A stretch of DNA of 63,829 nt, filler included, from Octopus bimaculoides (taxonomy: Eukaryota), in assembly GCF_001194135.2 (NCBI RefSeq). It is 5 parts of 4 records of this genome, joined end to end, with 100 filler letters (N's around TTAATTAATTAA, not from the genome) between each part and the next. Parts side by side here need not be neighbours in the genome. Positions count along the whole stretch, not along the records: positions 1 to 20,862 come from NC_068985.1; positions 20,963 to 30,126 come from NC_069007.1; 3 more parts are not named here. One strand, written 5' to 3'. Every line of letters starts with the position of its first letter. Position 1 is the stretch's first letter. The translations under genes were made by a program, and so were the position numbers. The notes under the pieces are model-generated. The model ran no database searches, had not been told where the DNA came from, and worked only from the letters and a program-made list of their open reading frames with translations. This document shows positions 13,384-27,068 of this stretch, one piece after another.

Positions 13384-13962
13384 TATTTTCTTGAGAGGAT
13401 ATTTCTTCTTCAATGTTGTCTTTCCAGGCACACAAGGGACTACATTGCTTAATGAGTCCTTCTGTTATTGAAGATAGTAATGTCTAAAAAGAAGGATACT
13501 TGGCTGTTATTTCTAGTGAGTCAGACGATCACAAAAAGCTACCCACATTGTTAAAATTTCTTTAATGTTTTGTCCAGAACAAACTGCATGTTTCCTGCTG
13601 GTTTTGAAGAGTGGCAGAACCATTGAACCAAGAACTCATCAGAATAAAATGGAAAAACAAAATGTAAGGAATGCGGAAAACAGTTGTGGAAGCCGGAACA
13701 TTGATTCTTTCTGATTAAAGAAAAACCAAAAGAAATTGTTAAAGAATATCTTCCTGTATTTGGTAAATTAATGAAAAAGAAGGTGATGTTTCTAATTTTC
13801 TGCTAACAGCATGATATGACATAAAAGAAACAATCAGCTTCCTCATCACCAGTTGACATTATATTTCTGAATTGTCTTTTGTTTTCCGTAGAATTTCATT
13901 TTAACAAAGAAAAGTAACAGAGAAATATTTGTAAAATTTCATCAGCAGAATTTTGAACATAG

Positions 13963-14159
13963 GTACAAATGCAGCTGTATGGTAAGGAGTTTGCTTACTA
14001 ACCACATGGTTCTGGGTTCAGTCCCACTGCATGGCACCTTCTACTATAGCCTTGGGCAGACCAAACCCTTGGGAGTGGATTTAGTAGACGGAAACTGAAA
14101 GAAGACTGTTGTATATGTGTGTGTGTGTGTGTATGCATATATATATATATATATATATA
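13963..14159 (+). mobile_element. 5' half of the (TA)n-containing SINE, running into a gap
   Basis: gcagctgtatggtaagg...gggttcagtcccactgcatggcacc...ggaaactgaaagaagac, then (TG)n(TA)n and N. Confidence 0.75.
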
Positions 14160-14309
14160 NNNNNNNNNNNNNNNNNNNNNNNNNNNNNNNNNNNNNNNNN
14201 NNNNNNNNNNNNNNNNNNNNNNNNNNNNNNNNNNNNNNNNNNNNNNNNNNNNNNNNNNTATATATACACACACACACATGGCTGGCCAACAGACACTTAT
14301 CAAGACACC

Positions 14310-14520
14310 TGCTTGGTGACAAATTTACAGTGTATGAATTCCCCCACCTGGATGGGACGCCGGTCCGTCACAGGGTTACTCATTTTGGCCAGTTGAGTGG
14401 ACTGGATCAACGTGAAATGAAATGTTTTGCTCAAGAACACAACACATCACCTGGACCAGGAATTGAAACCACAATCTTATGATCATGAGTCCAATACCCT
14501 AACCACTAGGCCATATACTT
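14310..14520 (-). mobile_element. tRNA-derived SINE with CORE-like central region
   Basis: ggatgggacgccggtcc...gagtggactggatcaacgtgaaatgaa...caagaacacaac...ccctaaccact; same family at 39290-39540 and 38545-38820. Confidence 0.7.
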
Positions 14521-15896
14521 CTGCCATGCATACATATATATGTGTGTGTTTGTGTGTATGTATGTAACAGCCTTCTATCATCCTTTCTTTACCAAGCCCT
14601 GGCTGACCTTGGGTTATAGCAAAAGACACTTGCTGATGCAAACACACATTTTTATATAATTTTATGTATATATTATCTCTAAAAAAACAATTTTATTTTA
14701 TGCAGTTTACCTCCATATTTTGAAGAATATTTTTATGCACCTTAATTGGCCAATATATGAGGATCCAAGCCAATATAAAAGGGTTTTCCCATTGACTTAA
14801 AAAAAAAATAAAGCATATGTTCTATTATCCGAAAAAGTCTATGAAATTTGACCTGATAAGGAACTATAATTCTAAAAGAGAAGTAATAAAAAGTAATATA
14901 AATAAAAAATGTTTTAACCAAATCAATAAAATTGTGAAATCAAAAGAATATCAATGATCGATATATATGTATTTCTTTATTGGAATAAAAAAAAAAATAA
15001 ATATTTGTAATTTTTTGTTATGCTCTAGTCCAGGAGATTTCTGAATGGATTCTAAGAAGGAAGCAACCATCCATGAAGTAAACGTCTTTAATTGATTCTT
15101 GCTTTGTAGATTTGCCAAGAGAAATCTCCGCAATTCGTTCACTGAACGCATATCACATTATTTAATTCTAAATCAGTCGACATAGAAATCTGTGGAAAAC
15201 AAGCAAGAGAGAGAAAGAGATTTATATATATATGCAAAGAGAGAGAAAGAAAGAGAGATGGAGAGAGAGTGAGGGAGAAAGAGAGAGGGGGGATTTTGAG
15301 AGAAAATACAGGAAATAAACCAAAACATCTTTTTTTAGATTTTTGCATTTTGGAGATTTTTTTCCTGCAAATATCAGATTTAGGTTGGAAGTAGAGGGAA
15401 AGAAAAAAAATCTTAAAACTCCGAAGAAACGAAAATGAAAAATGGTAGGTGAAAGGAAAAAAAACAAGGAAAATTATAACAACGAGATTCTTTGGACTTA
15501 AAATGGTTCTAAGCTTCTCTTGTCTCATAGGAGATTCAGGAATGAGAAAAACTCTTTTTCTCCTTCTATTCTCCCAAAATATATAATAGAAAATTAAATA
15601 ACAGTCATTAGAATACATGCCATTTTAGAATTACAATAAGCTGAATGGTTAATAGGCAATGAAAGAAGGGAGGTGAGTGAGTGGGTCAGTAAAAGACAAA
15701 GAAAATTAATAGTGGGTATTCTACAAAATCATATTAGTAACTGATGCCATCTTCAGATCTACCGAACAACTTTTGGTTTCAAGCTTTTATATCTTTCTTC
15801 TTTGTTCATCTTTATTTCCTTCCTGTGTTTTTCTTTCTTTTTCTTCTTTTTTTTCTATTTATCTCTCTGAGGCAATACGTGTGTATTTATGAGTGA

Positions 15897-15937
<41 letters not shown>

Positions 15938-16126
15938 TGTGTGTGTGTATGCATGTGTGTGTGTGTATGCATGTGTTTGAGTGGACATGCACATGTGTGA
16001 TGTAGAAATTTGTTTTGGATCAAATATGAAGGTGTATGTCTATATAAGTGTCCCCTCTACTACTTACAATCTCCACCACGGTTCCCTGTAGGTAGGCCTC
16101 AATACATCTCCAACCCCATCTATTTG

Positions 16127-16162
<36 letters not shown>

Positions 16163-16939
16163 ACTCTCTCTCTATATATTTATCTATCTATCTTTCTCTC
16201 TGACACTCTCCCACCTTCCTCTCCTTCTTCGCCCCACTGGGAGAGCCAAGTATCTCCTCTATAGTAAGACATCTATTTTGGTCCCTTTGTCACACTCTAA
16301 CCTCTCCAGTGGCACACAGCCACTCCCCTCAGCTCCTCTCCCTTTCTCAGCTGAGTGGTCTTTGTTTTGCAAGCCACTTGGTGTCCCCTCAGGTGCTAGT
16401 GCCCCATAAAGATCCCCTCTGCTAGTTCCAAGTAAAAAGCACTGGGGCTGCTGCTACCTAAGAGGCACCCAGCTCACACTCTGTAAAGTGGTTGGCATTA
16501 GGAAGGGCATCCGGCCATAGAGACCATTCCAAAACAGACAAAAGGAGCCAGGTGAGGCTCCCTGGCTTCTTAATTCCTGTCAAACTATCTAACCCATACC
16601 AACATGGAAAATGCACATGAAACAATGATAATGATGATAATTATATATATATATATTTCCACTAAACATTGGTGCCTTGTTGTACCACTACTATATATAT
16701 ATATTAATAGTAAAGTATGATAACAAAAGAATGAATCAAACCTCGATATTATGTAAATAGAAGAATTTATCTGTAATATAATATGTGACAATTATTCGTA
16801 GGTGTGCGTGCATGTGTATGCATGAGTGTACATACGTGCGTATGTGAATTCTATGAGCGTTTTTTTACTTTCTCCTCTTTTGGGTTTTTTTCCCTTTATA
16901 TAATGGTCATTCTAACAACTTCAGCAAGTATATGATGCT

Positions 16940-17328
16940 TTAAGGCCCATGATTCAGCATTGGTCAATCAAAGACACACACACCTTCGGTATGACAATTG
17001 CCCCAGCACACATCGCAAATGTGGCCCAAGTGCAAAGTTGAGGAACTGTCTTTCCCTGCCTATAGAACTTGCACCATCAGATAATCACCTTTTCTAAACC
17101 ATGGCACATTTCTTGCATGAATGGAAGTTCAACACCATGAAAGAGATTAAAAACAGGTGCAGAAAATGTTTTGCCTCTAAACCAGTGTGGAATTGTTCTT
17201 CTGGCAGAACGATGGCAACAGGCAATAGAATATGATGTAATATATTCTAATGAATAAATATTTACTGTCTAATTTGTTTGAACTATTAATTAAAGCCTGA
17301 AATACGAAAAATCTTTTGACACAACTGG
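16940..17328 (+). mobile_element. Mariner 3' fragment, heavily decayed
   Basis: ALVNQ..DNCPAH..LAPSDNHLF...LLAERWQQAIEYD; ends cttttgacacaactgg-TA. Confidence 0.65.
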
Positions 17329-18839
17329 TATGTGTTTATACATACAAACATACATACCTACATACATGCATACATACATACATACATACATACATACATA
17401 CGTATATACATACATACATACATAGGGTATGCATGGTCCTTGGATATCTTTAGCAAAGTTCACTGTGCCATAATCATTAGAACCAGAATCCAGTTCCTGC
17501 CTCTCCAGCCATGACGCTCCTGTATACATTATTTACAGAAACTCATACATCCACTGCTGGATCCCCAGCACCACTCTTGCCAAACTGGGAAGGTTTAAAA
17601 ATATGTATCATTGATATGTCTCACCTATTCTTATTGATATAACATGCTTCATGTCACCCCACAAAACGCCATCTTCTGCTCATAAGATACAAGACCCTTA
17701 ATTTTCTAAAATATTTCTATTGAAATTAAAAACCTTTTAAAATACTTTCCTACCAAACTATGATGACTAAATATCTGTTGTCCCACCCCAATGGAACAGT
17801 CTGTTTCCACAGGCTGAACATTAGCAAAATTTTCCTGCAGTTAACCAAGGATTATCTATCTTGCCATTTCAGCTGCTGACAATAGCAGCCAAATTTTGCT
17901 AAATTCATAGCTTACAGTTAAAAATGAATAAGAAGCAAGTACAAATTGGATGAGGTAGTCTGGGATATGCAAAACAAAGGATAGTCACAGCTGGAAAGCT
18001 TTTGATCAGAGGTCTGTTTGGTCAAGGTTGACCCGGTGGCTTGATAACAACAGCTACAGCAGAATTATCCGTTTTCTTTATAACAACTACCTTTCTCCAT
18101 TTCTCTCTTGCTTCCATATTATGTATTTTTCTAAGCAATTACATGCTTAAAGTACATCCATTGCAGTTTCTCACAAACCAATGGATTGCAAATGCAGAAA
18201 TCAACAATTCTTCATTTCCTTTGGAAATAGTGCCGTCATCCAGGAAATAACAGCTTCAAGAATCCTCATAGATGTATAATTCCCAATATTCTAATTCGGA
18301 TTCGGATTCTTTAATGTCAACATCCGTATTGGAAGCAATGTTCCATCTGTTTGGGATTTATTCTTGCATTGCTTTGTATTCAACCATTTTTCTTACATGG
18401 ATGGAATGATCACAAGAAATTTTCATTTGATTCTCTTTACACGAAATAAAACTTGCTTATTTTGTTTACAAGATATTCTTCACTACAGGGTCCTTTCAAT
18501 ATAAATGTATTCCCCTCCCTTTACTGGTTTTCTTCCTTGCACTCTCACAATCCTGGGGCAATTGCCTTCAAAGATTCAGGCTGCTATATTAGGGCCCGTA
18601 ATTCGATAGGTACCTATTATTTCAGCCTATTCATATTGGTGAAATAAACATTGGCAGTATTTTACTTTTTGCAAAAACAGCAAGAGCCACAGAGAGCTAT
18701 TGCAAACTCTTCTAAATTCCTGACAATGTTGGAAACTCTTCCATATCATAAGCAGGTATTTCAGGGCCACAAGCCTTTTACCTTTTCATCAATATGATTT
18801 GCCCATGAAGAGCAGATGGGAGTGAATTAATCTTTGCCT

Positions 18840-19310
18840 TTTGAAGAGTTCTACCTGAGATCTTTTCAACCACAGCCACTCTGAGTTAGTATCACTTGCA
18901 CAATCTCACGCTTTGGTGGCTTTCTTTAGTTGTTTGTCGGAAATAGTGTGCTTATGATGTGCAAAAGCCACAGCAGTTTAATTGAGAATGGAGGATGGAG
19001 TCTTGTGTCATTCTTCGATGATTATTTTGTTAATCAAGTCCTGATATTTGGTTTCCTTTAGCTCGTGAGAAATGTTGAATCTACACTCCCAGGTCACTGT
19101 AAGTTCAACCATGACGATTGTTTTTGCATTCTTGGAGAGCAGAATCTGGTCTGGTTGGAGTGATGTTACCACTACCCCCTCTGGGAAGAAAAGTCTGCCC
19201 TGCAGTTCCATTTGTATCTGAGGCTAGATGAAAAATGGAAGATGGATTCCCTGTTGTTGCTTTCATCTTAGGAGCTTTGTTACCTTCTCTTAGCAATCTG
19301 ATACCCATGG
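18840..19310 (-). mobile_element. HERO/NeSL-like non-LTR retrotransposon, restriction-like endonuclease C-terminus
   Basis: LFFPEGVVVTSLQPDQILLSKNAKTIVMVELTVTWE...KETKYQDL (PD..ELTVPWE..K.KY motif) and a downstream SEWLWLKR. Confidence 0.75.
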
Positions 19311-20638
19311 GGGTGGATGGGTGATGGCTGATGTTTGTTGGTCTTGTGACATTTGATTCAGCTTTTTATGTCCTGACAGCTTGTAACTTTATTTATCGAC
19401 CCTGAAAAACAAAAAGTAAAGTTGACCTTGATGTGATTGACTTATTCTTTCTGCCCCAAATTGCTGGCCTTGTACCAAAATTTGAAACCATTGTTTGTCC
19501 TGGCTATTGTCTTGGTTCTTTACATTCTGAGTTCAAATTACATTGATGTCAACTTTGCCTTTCATCCCTTCTGGGGATCAATAAAATAAATTAACAGTGA
19601 AGTACTGAGGTTGGTCCTTGAATGGACTCTGCTACTGATATCACCTAAGCCCCTTTCCTCAATTCTAAAACCCATTCTATAATACGTAGCAAATTTAGTT
19701 ATTTCCATAAGAATTTAACAGAGGGAGCACTAGTCAATGCAAATATCTAAAAGAACCACATACTGGGTGGGGGAGTAAAAAAAAATATGGCTAATAAACC
19801 ATTGCAGAAAATTTGTGTTTGATTAATATAATATAATGTTGTTTTGTTGGTTTATTCTGTAATCATTGAAAGGGGATGTTTGGTAAATGGCATATGATGA
19901 AAGGCGGCATTGCGCAACAAAAGGGTAACATCCACTGCGTTATGGCATCAAAGTCAGGATACAAATAGTTTAGCACTTTTAGGTAGTTCTTGCCCTTCAT
20001 TTGTTTTTTTTTTATGTTTTCACATTTTTTTGTAACATGAAAAGCCATAATAAAGACCGACAGACTAACAGCCATTGTCGTCATCTAATCAGGATTACTA
20101 ATATCACTCTAGAAGATCAATGACTTCCATTTTTGCTCATTCGACAATTGCTGCTGAAAAACTATAAATACATACATACAAATGCATACATACACATGCA
20201 TAAACATAGATATGCATGTGTGTTTATGTGTGTGTGTGTGTGTGCGTGTGTGTGTACATGTGCATATGTCTGCGTGTGTATTGTTAAATCTATAATCTTC
20301 CATGTCATTCAAAAAGCTGTAGAAAATATGACATAAAAATCAATTGTTTCTCTCTTTTCTGATTCTCTGCAGACTATTTACCAATGCTGGTAAAACTCAG
20401 ATATCTTTAACACATTTTTCTCAAGCAATGTGTAATTTCTTTCAACATTATTTTGTCACCGCTGATAAAGTACAAGCATGCACCTCTCTCTCCCTCTCCC
20501 TCTCCCCTCACTCTATATATGTGTATATATGTATATATGTGTGTGTGTGTGTGTATACATATATCCTATTGGATTATAACATTTACATCCTGATAGAATG
20601 GGACATCACATCATAACCAAAGAGAAAATGTCTGACAG

Positions 20639-20640
<2 letters not shown>

Positions 20641-20714
<74 letters not shown>

Positions 20715-20731
20715 TGATGATGATGATGATG

Positions 20732-20792
<61 letters not shown>

Positions 20793-20815
20793 TGATGATG
20801 ATGATGATGATGATG

Positions 20816-20862
<47 letters not shown>
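20641..20862. repeat. Compound (AAT)n/(GAT)n microsatellite
   Basis: Read directly from the sequence; ends at the linker. Confidence 0.95.
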
Positions 20863-20962
20863 NNNNNNNNNNNNNNNNNNNNNNNNNNNNNNNNNNNNNN
20901 NNNNNNTTAATTAATTAANNNNNNNNNNNNNNNNNNNNNNNNNNNNNNNNNNNNNNNNNNNN
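20863..20962. other. Artificial 100-bp assembly linker
   Basis: 44 N + TTAATTAATTAA + 44 N. Confidence 0.95.
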
Positions 20963-20964
20963 GC

Positions 20965-21015
<51 letters not shown>

Positions 21016-21119
21016 GGTGTGCATGCATGCATGTATGTATGTGTATGGATGCATTTGTGTGTATGGATGGATGTGTGGATGTATGAGTATGTATGTATGT
21101 GTATGGATGTATGTTATGT

Positions 21120-21905
21120 GTGCATTCCCTTATATCTGTGTGCATGTGTATTCCCTTATATCTGTGTGTGTGTGTGTGTATTCCCTTATATCTGTGTGCG
21201 TGTGTATTCCCTTATATCTGTGTGCGTGTGTATTCCCTTATATCTGTGTGCGTGTGTATTCCCTTATATCTGTGTGCCTGTGTATTCCCTTATATCTGTG
21301 TGCCTGTGTATTCCCTTATATCTGTGCGCGTGTGTATTCCCTTATATCTGTGTGCGTGTGTATTCCCTTATATCTGTGCGCGTGTGTATTCCCTTATATC
21401 TGTGCACGTGTGTATTCCCTTATATTTGTGTGCATGTGTATTCCCTTATATCTGTGTGCGTGTGTATTCCCTTATATCTGTGTGTGTGTATTCCCTTATA
21501 TCTCTGTGCGTGTGTATTCCCTTATATCTCTGTGCGTGTGTATTCCCTTATATCTCTGTGCGTGTGTATTCCCTTATATCTGTGTGCGTGTGTATTCCCT
21601 TATATCTGTGTGCGTGTGTATTCCCTTATATCTGTGTGCGTGTGTATTCCCTTATATCTGTGTGCGTGTGTNNNNNNNNNNNNNNNNNNNNNNNNNNNNN
21701 NNNNNNNNNNNNNNNNNNNNNNNNNNNNNNNNNNNNNNNNNNNNNNNNNATGTGTATTCCCTTATATCTGTGTGCGTGTGTATTCCCTTATATCTGTGTG
21801 TGTGTGTATTCTCTTATATCTGTGTGTGTGTGTGTATTCCCTTATATCTGTGTGCGTGTGTATTCCCTTATATCTGTGTGTGTGTGTATTCCCTTATATC
21901 TATGT
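21120..21905. repeat. 26-bp minisatellite (tattcccttatatctgtgtgcgtgtg)n, interrupted by a gap
   Basis: About 25 visible near-identical units; degenerate units continue to about 22350. Confidence 0.95.
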
Positions 21906-22669
21906 GTATGCTTCCTTAGATATGTATGTGTTTGCCTGTGTGTGTGTATGAGTTCCTTATATTTTTGTATGTGTGTGTATCTTCACCTGTAATTGTGTTT
22001 GTATGTGTTCTTCCTTATATATTTATGTACTTAGCTCTCCGTGTGCATGTCTGTGTGTGTGCGTTGCTTCTCAGTGTGTGCTGGAGTGTTACCTTACATC
22101 TGCATGTACTTGACCGTGTATGTATGTGTGTGTGTGTGACCTCTGTGTGTTTCTCTGTGTGTGTGTGTGTGTGTTTTAAATTAACATGTGCTTGACTTTT
22201 TTTAAGAGTGTGCATGTGTTCATATATCTGCATGTACTTGCTTCTGTGTGTGTGTGCGTGTCTGTGTGTGTGTCCCCTAATATCTACAATTGTTTGCCTC
22301 TATGCGTGTGTGTTTCCTTATACTTGCTTGGGCTTGCCTCTCCCTGTATATGTGTGTATAGATGTATAGACTGTTATGTTAAGAGGCCTAACGTAAAACT
22401 TCCCTTCTTTTCCAGTCTCCATAAAAATGAGACCCCAGACACAGAAGTAGTTTTAATTGATACATACCCCACAACACTTTACATATTAGGGTACAGGGTA
22501 GGCCAAGGATATATATATATATATATATATATATAATCACACAGTATTTTAGGGTAATGCCAGTGGGTAATGCCAGTGGAGAGAAACAGCTCATGGAAAA
22601 TTGTTGTGTATTTTAATGGAGTAATTTAATAAAATACAGGTTTGTATTTCAAATTTAATAAATAATAAA

Positions 22670-23042
22670 GTATGTGTACAATTACACAAATATACACACA
22701 CACACATATATATATATGAAAACACACAAAGACCCATGCATACATATATATGTTACATATATACACAAATGTACAAACACAAATGCACAAACACATGTAC
22801 ATACATATATACACAAATATATGTATATAGTGGAATATGTATATACATTTACACATATGTACACACACATGCACACATATATAGATACGTGTATACACAA
22901 ATATACATAAGCATACACACATACATAAACATATACACATACATACATAAACATATACACGCATACATAAACACATACATATACACATACATATATACAT
23001 ACACACACGTACACATACATGCACATACATACATACATACAC

Positions 23043-23092
<50 letters not shown>

Positions 23093-23100
23093 CACACACA
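22670..23100. repeat. Degenerate (TA/CA/TACA)n low-complexity tract
   Basis: Read directly from the sequence. Confidence 0.9.
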
Positions 23101-23472
23101 TGGTGGGGTAGTGAAACTTCAGTCAACTAAATGATCCGGATATAAACAATGAGACTGCTAATTAGTTGATTAATATTTGTACTTCATCTATTTTGTATGC
23201 TTTTTCTTACATGTATCATCATCATCATCACCAACATCACCATTTAACATCCACCTTCCATACTGGCATGGGTGGAACGGTTTGACAGGAGCCGGCCAGG
23301 CAGAAGCCTCCTGCACCAGACTTCTGGGACTGTTTTGGCAGGATTTTTACAGCTGGCGGCCCTTCCAAACTCCCAGCACATTACTGTGTGGACTGGATTA
23401 GATTCAATTAATTTTAGCTCTACCACACTGTATTGAGCACTCTCTCTTTCACTCACACAATATATGTATGAT

Positions 23473-23850
23473 AGGTGCGGGTGTGGCTGAGTGGTAAGAA
23501 GTTTGCTTCCCAACCACATTGCTCTGGGTTCAGTCCGACTGCATGGCAACTTGGGGAAGTGTCTCCAACTATAGCTTAGGGCAGACCAAATTCTTCTGAG
23601 CAGATTCAGTAAATGGAAACTGAAAGAAGCTCATTGTGTGTGTGTGTGTGTGGGGGGGGTCTGTCCCTTACAACTGGGGCTTCACAACCAGTGTTGGTGT
23701 TTACATCCCCATAACTTAGTTTGACAAAAAGAGACTGATAGGATAAATAGCAGGCTTTAAAAAGTAAGTCCTAGGGTCGATTTATTGAACTAAAACAAGG
23801 CAGTGCCCCAGCATGGCCACATTCTTGTCAAATGACAAATAAGTAAAGAA
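23473..23850 (+). mobile_element. Decayed complete copy of the microsatellite-containing SINE
   Basis: ggtgcgggtgtggctgagtggtaagaag head, gaaactgaaagaagc, (TG)n, then the cccataacttag...gcagtgccccagcatggcc 3' arm. Confidence 0.7.
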
Positions 23851-24880
23851 TACACAAATCATTTTAACACATTTATTTTTTTACAGAATTCCTAATAATA
23901 TTTAATTGGAAAAAGGATTTTTTTTTTAAAGCATTAAATGGCCCAGAGGGTCCAGTGGAGTAGATTAGGAATCAAAGGGACCCATGCGTAAAGAAGGGTT
24001 GAGAACAACTATTCTAACCCCTTATGATGTGGTACAAAACTACATCTTCAATACTCTTATGTCTTGGATGTTGCTTGGTGACCTCACTGATGCTGGTGCC
24101 ATGTAAAAAGCACCCAGTACACTCTGTAAAGTGGTTGGTGTTAGGAGGGACATCCAGCTGTAGAAACCATGCAAAATCAACCAGAAGAGCTTAGCTCAGT
24201 CTTCTGATTTGCCAGTTTCAGTTGAACAGTCCAACCCATACCAGCATGGAAGACAGATGGTAAATGATGGACATTGGTGATGATGACATATATATATATA
24301 TATATTAATAAAGAGAATGAATGGGAGAAAGAGAGCCNNNNNNNNNNNNNNNNNNNNNNNNNNNNNNNNNNNNNNNNNNNNNNNNNNNNNNNNNNNNNNN
24401 NNNNNNNNNNNNNNNNNNNNNNNNNNNNNNNNNNNNNAAAAAAAAAAAAAACATACCATCAATAATGCCAGCCTCAAAATCTCTATGTGGTGTCTCAGGC
24501 TGCTAAAAATAGCAGCCAAATCTACTTCAAATTACATACTGATGTGTTAAGAAATATAATGGAGTAATTTAACATTGGGGAGGGTCATGTTTAGAATGTC
24601 TCTGATCATAAGAGTGCTGGATCTTGGTAGACCTGGGGCTAAAGAGAAACAGTAACACTGCCAATGACAGGCCTATTAAACCGGTTACGACAACTGAGGA
24701 CTTTGGCTGGACTTGCTCAGAAATGTTCAAGAAATGGTTGCAGTATGTATCAACTGAAAACTGGGTCATAGGATCTTACCAAGACCTGATGCCTTTATGC
24801 TTACATCTAATGGTCACTACTAAGATATTACAACCAACTGTTACATGCTAACAAATATGTCTCAGTAATAGATACTATGC

Positions 24881-25118
24881 TTTCTTATTTCTTTATTGCC
24901 CACAAGGGGCTAAACATAGAGGGGACAAACAAAGACAGATAAAGGGATTAAGTCGATTACATCGACCCCAGTGCGTAACTGGTACTTAATTTATCGACCC
25001 CGAAAGGATGAAAGTCAAAGTCGACCTCGGCAGAATTTGAACTCAGAACGTAGCGGCAGACAAAATACTGCTAAGCATTTCGCTCGGCGTGCTAATGATT
25101 CTGCCAGCTCGCCGCCTT
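24881..25118 (-). mobile_element. tRNA-derived SINE with Meta-like central domain
   Basis: Minus strand: taaggcggcgagctggcagaatc (A box)...gagttcaaattc (B box)...gtcgactttgactttcatcctttcggggtcgataaattaagtaccag. Confidence 0.75.
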
Positions 25119-26074
25119 ATATGCATACTATACTTTCAATAACTGTTTGTGATGCCTATGTAATCACGAGCAAACAAACTATTTCTTGGACTCGGCACTT
25201 TTGACCTACTTGTGATGAGGGAGAGGGGGAGTAAGAAAGGAAGAGAGAGGGGTGTAGGTGTAACTAGTACTCAGCACTGGTACAACCCATCAGTGCCCAA
25301 CCAGTGGCAGAACCTTCCAAGCACACGTTGGGCTGATTGGTCACAGCTAGACACACTGTGCTCCATCTTCTCCCATGTGATATCCTTGGTCATCGTCCAC
25401 AACAACAGAAGAACTAATGGCAGACTGGTGTAACAGCAAACGAAGTGCCTTGTACAAGAACACAGCACACCGCCCAGATCAGGAATTGAACCTCTGGCAT
25501 TAATACAATGAGCTGAGCACTCCTAACCACAAAGCCATTAGCCTTCATGATATTGACATTAAACAGCAGACATTAACCAGCAGCTTAACAGTAAAATTGC
25601 AGGTATGGCTGCCGACCTCTCACATTTCTGCCTGCTTTCTCTCTCGTAACCTTATAATTACCCTTTTAGCGGTTATCACTTAATACTTCGACATACACAC
25701 AAAGTAATATATACACACTCATGCTTACACATACATACATGCACATACACAGACGTACACACATGTAGGCGCACATACACACACATTCACAAATACTTAC
25801 ACATGTATTTTATTAACAGCTGAGGCTTTTTGATTTGTAAGTATAATGGTTTACATTTCTGATTATTCAAACAACTGATAAATCATTTTGAATCAAAACC
25901 ATGCAATTTAGATTTACAATTCCAGAAGCTTCAATTAACTTCTAATTAAATACATTCACTCTAATTTAAATATTAAAGATTTGGGAACGCTATTTCAAAC
26001 GAATTTTCAATATAAACAATAAAACATTTATTGGCAGCGACATACCACCAATTTGCCTTTAGTAAATTTGCAGA

Positions 26075-26383
26075 TGTGGAGGCGCAATGGCCTAGTGGTT
26101 AGGGCAGCGGACTCGCGGTCGGAGGATCGCAGTTTCGATTCCCAGACCGGCGTTGAGAGTATTTATTGAGCGAAAACATCTAAGCTCCACGAAGCTCCGG
26201 CAGGGGGTGGTGGCGATCCCTGTTGTACTCTTTTGCCCCAACTTTCTCTCAGTCTTTCTTCCTGTTTCTTAAGTAACGCTGCGGTGGACTGGTATCCCGT
26301 CCAGCCGGAGGAACACATATGTCATAGAAACCGGGAAAACGGGCCCATGAGCCTGGCTAGACTTTGAAAGGGTGAAAAAAAAA
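26075..26383 (+). mobile_element. CpG-rich tRNA-derived SINE
   Basis: A box tggcctagtggtt, B box gtttcgattcc, A-rich tail; inverted partner at 29000-29270. Confidence 0.8.
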
Positions 26384-26831
26384 TGTGCAGATGGCCATAG
26401 AACAGAGGCAAGCCTGGCTGCGTGAGAAGAAGCTTGCTTCCTAAGCACTTGGTTTCGGGTTCAATCCCATTGTGCAAACACCTTGGCCAAATACCTTCAA
26501 CTCAGGCACACAATGGTCTCTGGAGTGGATTTAGTAGACGGAAACTGAAAGATCATCACTAGTGTGTGTGTGTGTGTGATCTTTTACATGCTTCAATCAT
26601 TAGACTGCAACCATGATGGGACATCACCTTCTTTCATTTTTTACTTGTTTCAGTAATTTGACAGCGGCCATGTTGGGGGTACTACCTTGAAGGGTTTTAG
26701 TCAAACAAACTGAACCCAGGACTTTTATTTTAAAGCCTAGTACTTATTCTATTGGTTTCTTTTGTCAAACTGCTAAGTTACAGGGATGTAAACACACCAA
26801 CACTGCTGAGCATTTCGCCAGCTTGCTAATG

Positions 26832-27068
26832 TTTCTTATTTCTCTATTGCCCACAAGGGACTAAACAGAGAGGAAAAACAAGGACAGACAAAGGGATTAA
26901 GTTGATTACATCGACCCCAGTGCGTAACTGATTCTTAATTTATCGACCCCGAAAGGATGAAAGGCAAAGTCGACCTCGGCGGAATTTGAACTCAGAACGT
27001 AAAGGCAAACGAAATACCGCTAAGCATTTCGCCCGGCGTGCTAACGTTTCTGCCAGCTCGCCGCCTTA
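26832..27068 (-). mobile_element. Meta-like-domain SINE, young copy
   Basis: Closely similar to 24881-25118; a further partial copy abuts it at 27085-27185. Confidence 0.8.

Noticed and set aside
21120-21905. CRISPR-like array
   Set aside because: Units are head-to-tail with no unique spacers, there are no cas genes, and the context is eukaryotic; it is a minisatellite.
20965-21992. Long ORFs of about 300 aa in the ORF track
   Set aside because: Translations of the minisatellite and N gap; the same applies to the HTHT, YIYI, CVCV, poly-I and X-rich ORFs throughout.
26075-26150. tRNA gene
   Set aside because: A and B boxes are present but the sequence continues into a SINE body with dispersed copies; no full cloverleaf. 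The same holds for the other SINE heads.
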